A stretch of 64,000 nt of DNA from Phoronis australis (taxonomy: Eukaryota; Animalia; Phoronida). The stretch lies in contig NMRA01000638.1 of the NCBI GenBank assembly GCA_002633005.1, positions 73,965-137,964 on the forward strand, given 5' to 3'. The position numbers were made by a program, and so were the translations under genes. Of this stretch, positions 60,801 to 64,000 are shown in pieces. Position 1 is the stretch's first letter, and every line of letters begins with the position of its first letter. The notes below the pieces were generated by a model. That model was not told the DNA's origin and made no database searches. It was given only the letters and a program-made list of their open reading frames with translations.

Positions 60801-61433
60801 ACATTAGCAATTCATGCATGCTAGAGGATTATACTAATTAACAAGGACAAAAGTATCTCCAAGGAAACCAAGTACATCACCACAAAAACAGTGCTGTTGC
60901 ACCCACCTTTGATGCCAAAAATAAATAAATCATCAATGGGAGAAATTTTAAAAATCATCTTGAAAGTTCAGCAAGTGATTTATCGACAGAGATTTCTCAA
61001 ACCAAGGACTGACGAGCACGGGCCTATTTTATCAAATGTTGTACTACTATGTATTAGATTTTTCCTTGACACTGTGAAAAAGAAAAGTTGGACAGGTCAT
61101 TTAGTTTGAGACTACCATACATTCCAATTTTTTCTTCACACCAAGACAGCAGAAATGTCTTTGCAGTCTTGCACTACAAATGTCTTAGCTACAAATGGAA
61201 GCACAACCATTAATAAAATGGTTCTAAAATGTTTTAATAAATCACCATATTCCCATCTTTGTCGATGATGCCAGAGGTACTCAACAGTTGGTCACACATG
61301 TGTGGACTGATGTAACCTCTCTGCGACGCATCAACTAGAGAAAGCTCATCACCACTTCTTTTGTCTACGAAACGACCAGAGCTTGGATTGAAGACCCCTT
61401 CAGCAATAGCTTTGACCAATGAGTCAGACTCTC
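666..61433 (-). CDS. MACF1: Spectraplakin (MACF1/dystonin/Short stop family), internal part: plakin-repeat region followed by spectrin-repeat rod; 27 exons, about 5,880 aa in window
   Basis: All exons have AG/GT boundaries with compatible phases and join into one open frame (17,648 nt). Plakin repeats (DP.TG..(I/L)SL.EA...GL(I/L)D) precede spectrin repeats (e.g. [42 protein letters not shown], typical of MACF1/DST/Shot). Probably co-orthologous to vertebrate MACF1 and DST. Confidence 0.93.
1041..1248 (-). CDS. MACF1: Spectrin-repeat exon (KFHDKMDPFFYWL...KHTS)
   Basis: Acceptor TCTTGCAG|AAG, donor TCAG|GTAATG; phase 0 to 1. Confidence 0.9.
1718..1921 (-). CDS. MACF1: Spectrin-repeat exon (FLQRMLEDRKD...IVAK)
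   Basis: Acceptor CATTCCAG|TTC, donor AAG|GTGGTT. Confidence 0.88.
2763..3095 (-). CDS. MACF1: Spectrin-repeat exon (TFQKDHLEPL...QLQEQK)
   Basis: Acceptor CCAATAG|ACT, donor AAG|GTATGG; 333 bp; strongly MACF1/DST-like. Confidence 0.92.
3458..3670 (-). other. Second copy of exon 4256-4468, probable allelic/assembly duplication
   Basis: 3232-4028 is repeated at 4030-4826 across a single N at 4029, about 99% identical. Confidence 0.8.
4256..4468 (-). CDS. MACF1: Spectrin-repeat exon (VNTLKHQHSRL...QEQFK)
   Basis: Acceptor TACTTAAG|GTG, donor AAG|GTAAGT; 213 bp, phase 0/0. Confidence 0.85.
4844..4957 (-). CDS. MACF1: Spectrin-repeat exon (ELQSGLLEKRAALQD...CQTQ)
   Basis: Acceptor TCAATACAG|GAG, donor CAG|GTATAT; 114 bp. 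Confidence 0.83.
5419..5532 (-). CDS. MACF1: Spectrin-repeat exon (SLLRTVSTQLAELEEDLDNKDAVGRDPDVLKRQIYDVE), not in the ORF track
   Basis: Acceptor TTCTTTTTAG|TCA, donor GAG|GTCAGT; 114 bp. Confidence 0.86.
5871..6077 (-). CDS. MACF1: Spectrin-repeat exon (SMQEELQAMSDQV...GQYQ)
   Basis: Acceptor TTTATTCAG|TCC, donor CAG|GTATAG. Confidence 0.87.
6444..6613 (-). CDS. MACF1: Spectrin-repeat exon (VAENMQKLEEASQ...LDKLK)
   Basis: Acceptor GCTAACAG|TA, donor AAA|GTAAGT; phase 1 to 0. Confidence 0.87.
7158..8400. mobile_element. Possible decayed non-autonomous DNA element (Kolobok-like left end)
   Basis: Starts TTAAGAAAGGTAGTAC and is CpG-richer than the flanking intron; no clear right TIR found. 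Confidence 0.3.
8441..8591 (-). CDS. MACF1: Spectrin-repeat exon (AIQNEILRKSRDHE...QRWNQLNK), not in the ORF track
   Basis: Acceptor GTTTGTAG|GCA, donor AAAG|GTACGT; phase 0 to 1. Confidence 0.88.
8746..9075 (-). CDS. MACF1: Spectrin-repeat exon (ALQKDMSDKEAEMQ...KDYQ)
   Basis: Acceptor GTGTATAG|GCT, donor CAG|GTGAGG; 330 bp. Confidence 0.88.
9451..9617 (-). CDS. MACF1: Spectrin-repeat exon (DQRKCEVEGALKEG...RQHE)
   Basis: Acceptor CCTACAG|AT, donor GAG|GTAGGA. Confidence 0.88.
10193..10891 (-). CDS. MACF1: Spectrin-repeat exon (EDKWVGLKSTSDER...VRKKI)
   Basis: Acceptor TGTTTCCAG|AG, donor ATAG|GTATGA; 699 bp, phase 1/1. Confidence 0.9.
11288..11430 (+). mobile_element. tRNA-derived SINE head (probable 3' part at about 14126-14346)
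   Basis: Pol III A box TGGCCTAGTGG, degenerate B box GAGTTTAAGTCC, then a TCCTTGAG.CAGG core-like motif; the distal segment ends AAAATAAATA. Confidence 0.6.
11432..14125 (-). mobile_element. Helentron-associated (HINE-like) element copy A with internal ~150-bp subrepeats; interrupted by a MITE at 12174-13713
   Basis: Left end ACAAGAAGAGC...GAAATGCGCCCAC shared with copies B and C; subrepeats carry CCACTAGRGGGC-like motifs. Confidence 0.7.
12174..13713. mobile_element. Tc2/pogo-like (Tc1-mariner superfamily) non-autonomous element, copy 1
   Basis: TIRs CCGTATTCGCCGTAATAA / TTATTACGGTGAATACGG with TA on both sides; homologous along its length to 39645-41108. Confidence 0.85.
14723..14852 (-). 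CDS. MACF1: Spectrin-repeat exon (NFHQELCSKEHVVDSIRHK...LRQL)
   Basis: Acceptor AATTTCAG|AAC, donor CTTG|GTAATT; phase 0 to 1. Confidence 0.87.
15718..15953 (-). CDS. MACF1: Spectrin-repeat exon (EMSEVQQQLLDLNQRYE...KEHQ)
   Basis: Acceptor TTTCCTCAG|AG, donor CAG|GTAAGG. Confidence 0.9.
16288..16443 (-). CDS. MACF1: Ser/Arg/Pro-rich linker exon (VRRLSGFRSPMRLRSPSPTSPMGPAALLATQSSESGISSNRSSADNFMAYE), not in the ORF track
   Basis: Acceptor TTTGTACTGCAG|GA, donor GAAG|GTGAGT; 156 bp, phase 1/1, open in the gene frame. Confidence 0.82.
16778..17060 (-). CDS. MACF1: Spectrin-repeat exon (VDFRQQHSSKL...VRRGS)
   Basis: Acceptor TTTAACAG|GTG, donor TCAA|GTAAGT; phase 0 to 1. Confidence 0.88.
17285..17880. 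mobile_element. MITE-like element with ~45-bp imperfect terminal inverted repeats
   Basis: ATTTCATCTACTGCAAATCTTC near 17296 versus GAAGATTTGCAGAAGATGAAAT near 17850. Confidence 0.5.
17900..18460. repeat. Degenerate relative of the HINE-like subrepeat family
   Basis: AATGGCCACTAAGGGC (about 18135), AAAATGGCCCCTAGGGCC (about 18265) and GCCAAATTTTATG-type motifs. Confidence 0.4.
18879..19175. mobile_element. Short GC-rich TIR element with 5-bp TSD
   Basis: CATAGGCGGATTTAG... / ...TAGATCAGCCACTG; AAAAT on both flanks. Confidence 0.55.
20689..21327 (-). CDS. MACF1: Spectrin-repeat exon (TAMVQSQGVQEGIDGLLVWL...EKQVQ)
   Basis: Acceptor TTTTTTCAG|ACT, donor CAG|GTACGT; 639 bp. Confidence 0.9.
21468..21836. 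mobile_element. Small decayed MITE
   Basis: Imperfect inverted ends AAATTTCAGAAATAGACCCCA / TGGGGACTTTTCTGAAAATT. Confidence 0.35.
21909..22178 (-). CDS. MACF1: Spectrin-repeat exon (MAAMNREPV...SNVLQ)
   Basis: Acceptor TCTCCAG|ATG, donor CAG|GTTTGT; 270 bp. Confidence 0.88.
22442..22818. mobile_element. Truncated left end of the Kolobok family seen at 35622
   Basis: TTAATAGAGAATGCCCC...TTGTATCAATTTAGATC...GAACATACTGTAGCCTACAAAGTT...TTACCAAGGTC aligns with 35618-35860. Confidence 0.7.
22820..23995. mobile_element. Foldback-like element with ~200-bp modular inverted arms and internal tandem repeats
   Basis: 22822-23037 is the reverse complement of about 23825-23990 (GCGGAATATTACGCAGATTTT modules); internal repeats of TCACATTGAT...GGAATGCATTTT at 23350-23770. 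Confidence 0.7.
24221..24723. mobile_element. hAT-like MITE with CAGGGCTTGGAAT TIRs and 6-bp TSD
   Basis: CAGGGCTTGGAAT / ATTCCAAGCCCTG; ATTTTA on both flanks. Confidence 0.85.
25071..25409 (-). CDS. MACF1: Spectrin-repeat exon (AFQVEVLEHQADIRFINLSAQRF...ADKK)
   Basis: Acceptor TTTGTAG|GCC, donor AAG|GTTTTC; 339 bp. Confidence 0.88.
25734..26072 (-). CDS. MACF1: Spectrin-repeat exon (KLHDDITAHQQAV...DRHK)
   Basis: Acceptor CCTTTCAG|AAA, donor AAG|GTAGGT; 339 bp. Confidence 0.9.
26440..28500 (+). pseudogene. Decayed Penelope-like retroelement (RT C-terminal part + GIY-YIG endonuclease), split by a TIR element
   Basis: Manual translation gives YVDDT (about 26525), IYKKTIFTGLYIRWDSFVPKQYKRNLIRNLLYRA|YNICS, and LIYCLSCIDCNASYIGMT...RFNEH (about 28243-28333); stops and frameshifts present. 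Confidence 0.85.
26789..28000. mobile_element. hAT-like non-autonomous element with 5-bp TSD
   Basis: TIRs CAGGGTTTCC / GGAAACACTG; GGGCT duplicated at 26784-26788 and 28001-28005; subterminal CC(G/A)CCACGC repeats; AAAAATGATCGCTAGT minisatellite at 26929-27040. Confidence 0.85.
28520..30407. mobile_element. Longer, older member of the CAGGGCTTGGAAT family
   Basis: TAGGCCTTGGAATGGCCCATGAC... / ...GAAAATTCCAAGCCTTG; 30240-30407 matches 24503-24723; internal degenerate tandem repeats at about 28700-29070. Confidence 0.7.
30671..30817 (-). other. Second copy of exon 31010-31156, probable assembly duplication
   Basis: 339-bp-period tandem copy separated by a single N at 30843; exon sequence identical. 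Confidence 0.8.
31010..31156 (-). CDS. MACF1: Spectrin-repeat exon (VKLDDLYDELTQ...VEEHK)
   Basis: Acceptor CATAAG|GTG, donor AAG|GTAGGC; 147 bp, phase 0/0. Confidence 0.85.
32932..33326. mobile_element. PIF/Harbinger-like (Tourist-type) MITE
   Basis: TIRs AGTGCCGTCCACACACAG / CTGTGTGTGGACGGCACT; TTA on both flanks. Confidence 0.85.
33472..34682 (-). mobile_element. HINE-like element copy B with 8 CTCF-like motifs
   Basis: Subterminal inverted repeats ATGCGCCCACA (about 33492) / TGTGGGTGCAT (about 34670); ~150-bp subrepeats homologous to copies A and C. Confidence 0.75.
35622..37462. mobile_element. Kolobok DNA transposon, internally deleted, with THAP (minus strand) and Cys-rich KolX-like (plus strand) remnants
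   Basis: TTAA TSDs; TIRs AGGAGAATGTCACCC / GGGTGGCATTCTCCT; MVWCITPACAN...FFQFPREP..LRKW at about 37290-37100; WCQ*ANC.IMET...CVCCHEIPRV at about 36744-36820. Confidence 0.85.
37971..39478. mobile_element. Tc2/pogo-like non-autonomous element, second family
   Basis: TA|CTGTAAACTCGCAGGTTAA ... TTAACCCATGAGTTTACAC; repeated subterminal GGCAATTAC / CGAAA..TTGGCAAAAG motifs at both ends. Confidence 0.6.
39645..41108. mobile_element. Tc2/pogo-like non-autonomous element, copy 2
   Basis: TA|CCGTATTCGCCCTAA ... TTAGGGCGAATATGA|TA (CpG-decayed right TIR); colinear with 12174-13713. Confidence 0.85.
41961..45821 (-). CDS. MACF1: Giant exon B (3,861 bp, 1,287 codons): low-complexity N-terminal part, then plakin repeats
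   Basis: Inside ORF 41943..45905; acceptor TTGCTTTCTCAG|GTT, donor AAG|GTAAAT; phase 0/0. Confidence 0.88.
43030..43105 (-). repeat. Coding 21-bp tandem repeat giving SP heptads (TSPMTGQ NSPVSGR RSPMAGR RSPAEG)
   Basis: GGTGACCT(A/G)CGACCTG repeated at 21-nt period inside giant exon B. Confidence 0.75.
46669..54183 (-). CDS. MACF1: Giant exon A (7,515 bp, 2,505 codons): clusters of plakin/plectin repeats with S/T-rich linkers
   Basis: Inside ORF 46654..54207; acceptor TTTCAG|GCT, donor CGG|GTAAGA; phase 0/0; dozens of DP.TG...S..EA...G.LD motifs. Confidence 0.92.
55850..57445. mobile_element. Insertion inside the Penelope-like RT, with inverted ends and a fragment of the Tc2-like family
   Basis: ATTTATCCACC (55861) / GGTGGATAAAT (57423); 56250-56580 resembles 12380-12730. 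Confidence 0.5.
58147..59170. mobile_element. Insertion with a Tc2-like left end inside the Penelope-like element
   Basis: TA|CCGTAAACATTCGGGTTAAC, similar to the terminus at 37971; right end not resolved. Confidence 0.45.
59799..59980 (-). CDS. MACF1: Spectraplakin exon, plakin repeat (AIKISTQ...MDPSSGRKMTLEEAVGLGLLDP...KPK)
   Basis: Acceptor TCTACAG|GT, donor AAG|GTATGT; phase 1 to 0. Confidence 0.88.
60331..60556 (-). CDS. MACF1: Spectraplakin exon, plakin repeat (ISIVKAVQHGFFDPESG...SDYK)
   Basis: Acceptor TTTTTGCAG|ATC, donor AAAG|GTATAC; phase 0 to 1. Confidence 0.87.
61246..61433 (-). CDS. MACF1: Spectraplakin exon, plakin repeat (ESDSLVKAIAEGVFNPSSGRF...DKDGNM)
   Basis: Acceptor TTACTCCAG|GA, donor ATG|GTGAT; phase 1 to 0. 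Confidence 0.85.
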
Positions 61434-61750
61434 CTGGAGTAAAGTATGGAAAAAGATAAGTAACCCTAGTTGGCAAAGAAAGACAATGTTGCATAAAATT
61501 TTATCCCTTCTTTACCTCACACAAGTGAATCTCACACAGCAAATTGTTACTTAAACGAAAATCATAGTAAGGTATAAAAATATTACTTGATGTGAGACTG
61601 CAAAAGTTTTGGAAAACCAAAAATCTTCAGAGTCAAAGTAAGAAGTTTCAGACACTGCATATAAGCTTCACACATAACACAAATAAGGAAATGTAGACCC
61701 GCCTTATTTCAAGACTCAATTCTTCAAATGCAAAATCAAAACAAAATTGT

Positions 61751-62991
61751 ACAAGAGCAATGATGAGCGTTGAAATGCGGCCACAAATGCACTGCAAACA
61801 GTGTGCTCCTAGGCTGTTTATTTGCATCATAAAAATGGCCACTAGATAGTGCAAAATATTTCGAATCCATCAAAAAAACTGGAAAATGTCACCGTTTTTT
61901 AACACAAATGGAAAAAATTAAATTGCCACTAGGGGACAAAGGTTCATTGGATCAGTCTGAAAGTTGTTGTTTTCCGTCGTTGCCAACGTCATATAAATAC
62001 ACTTGCTAAATTTAATAAACATTCTGAAGAGGGCTTAGGAGATATAGCTAAGGGCTCAAAAACTGCCACTAGGATGCGCCACTGTAGTTGAAGTCGTCAT
62101 AAAAAACCATCGTCAACCGTCCTCTTCATAGTAAGAACATACATGCCAATTTTCACAATCATCCTCAGAGTGGTTCAGTTGATGGAGGGAAGGATGCAAA
62201 AAAAACAGACTCAAAAACAATAAAAATGGCCACTAGGTGGCGCAAAATATCTTGAATCCACCCGAAAATGGGAGGATAGTGTCAACTCATTAATAGATGC
62301 CTATGTGCCAAATTTTACAGGACCTTTGAAGATACAGCAGTAAATGTAAAAATAATAAAATTGCCTCTAGGATGCACACCTGTAGTCCGATCTTTCCGAA
62401 AGTTGTCGTCTGTTGTCAACTTCATATAAACACATTTGCTACATTTAATAAAGATCCTGCAGAGCGTTTAGGAGGTACAGCCATTGACGCAAAAACAAGC
62501 AAAACTACCACTAGGAGGTGCCACAGTAGTCAAAGTCATCGCAAAATCATCGTCAACCGTCCTTTTTGTAGTAAGAACATACATGCCAATTTTCGCAATC
62601 ATCCTTAGAGTGGTTTGGTTGCCAGAGGGGCGGACGCCAAAAAACAGACTCGAAAATAATAAAAATGGCCACTTGATGGCGCAAAATGCCTCAAATCCAT
62701 TGGAAAATGAGAAGACAGCGTTACCTCATTAATACATGCCTATGTGCCAAATTTCATGAAAATCCGTTGAGGACCTTTGTAGAGTCAAAAGTAAAAAAAC
62801 TAAAATTGCCACTACGGGGCACAGCGATATTCAGGTCCGTCCATAACTCTTCACCCTCTGTCGTCAACTCCATAGGAACACACCTGTCAAATTTCAATAC
62901 GATCCTGCAAGGGGTATAGGAGATACAGCTGCAGACGGCCAGACAGAGATTACCGCAATATGCACCCACATACAAATATGAGGGCGCATAA
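61751..62991 (-). mobile_element. HINE-like element copy C (best preserved) with 8 CTCF-like motifs
   Basis: ACAAGAGC...ATGCGGCCACA at left; terminal hairpin ATGCACCCACA-TACAAATA-TGAGGGCGCAT at right, next to a degenerate CAGACGG microsatellite; about 440-bp higher-order repeat of three subunits. Confidence 0.78.
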
Positions 62992-63056
62992 GAAGAATGG
63001 CCATAATAAACATCCCAACACCAGTCTCATTATAAATGTTACTATTTGATTAATAC

Positions 63057-63293
63057 CAGAGCTTGGAATGACCAATGCAAAACAGAGGAAATTTTTTCAG
63101 GTCATTTATCGTTCTACGAATAGGCTTGTGTCACATAAATAAATTTTTGTTGTAAAACAAACATTTTTGCATGAAAAAAGTAAAAATAATGATAAAAAAG
63201 AGACGAAAAAAAGAAGAAACTGGAAATCAAATATTAGGAAATCAAAACCACAAAAGAGGAAATTCTCTTAAAAGAGGAAAATTTCAAGCCCTG
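63057..63293. mobile_element. Short CAG(A/G)GCTTG-TIR MITE with 6-bp TSD
   Basis: CAGAGCTTGGAAT / ATTTCAAGCCCTG; TAATAC on both flanks. Confidence 0.82.
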
Positions 63294-64000
63294 TAATACT
63301 CTGTAGAACCACAAGATTTGTGTATGGTGCATTTTATGCAAATTGTCAAGTTGTGCAAGTTAAAGCTGCATTTTGCATGGATTAACTGGCTACACTCATC
63401 AAACCAGTCTCATACATACCATGATAGATTTCTACTACAACTAGAGTTACAAGCAATACGTACAAGCATTATTCTTAAATTTGTAATTTTAGGCTTGGCT
63501 AACTCAGATAAACCACAATGCATTTGCTTAAGCCACTGAACACATGCACGGTGTTCAAATTTGCAACTTTAGTGTTGGCCAGCCCCAATAAACCCTGAAG
63601 CGTTTTCTCCAGTTGAAGATGGTATATATTTCTGGTTTGTAATGGAAATAGCATCCTAACATAGTAAGGAATATTATTATAGCAAAAGGCCCAATTTGAT
63701 TACCATGATAACAAGTAGCAGGCTATGTTATAGTAATGAAAATAACAGTGAATTTAAACAGGCTTGACATGTTTCAATTAAATCACCATCCTCAGAAGCA
63801 AAAACAGAAGACTTACACGGGACCGTACATATGCTTTCATAGTTTCACATCCTTTGTTTACAAGGTGTGTCTCATTGAAGTCCTTATCTCAAAGGGCAAT
63901 CTAGTTCAAAAACTTAAAAATACATGCCAAATCAAGTAATATGTAACATGGCATAATGTTCACATCTTCTCTGTTATCAAACTAAAAGTCTTTTTGAACA

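Overview
Animal (invertebrate-like, AT-rich, intron-rich) genomic DNA lying entirely inside one minus-strand spectraplakin gene (MACF1/dystonin/Shot family). I traced 27 GT-AG exons by hand. They splice in frame into about 5,880 aa, with neither start nor stop in the window. The order is three small plakin(plectin)-repeat exons, two giant phase-0/0 plakin-repeat exons (7,515 and 3,861 bp), then 22 exons of the spectrin-repeat rod. Two exons appear twice next to single N bases, most likely uncollapsed haplotype overlaps. Introns are full of transposon relics: two decayed Penelope-like retroelements, a Kolobok deletion derivative (THAP + KolX remnants), Tc2/pogo-like, Harbinger-like and hAT-like MITEs (some with 5- or 6-bp TSDs), a foldback element and a tRNA-derived SINE. 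The most notable non-coding signal is a Helentron-like (HINE) family in three copies, each carrying about 8 co-oriented CTCF-like motifs at about 150-bp spacing. There is also a CpG-richer candidate internal promoter before the second giant exon and a hammerhead-like hairpin unit. All calls come from manual reading; no database searches were run.
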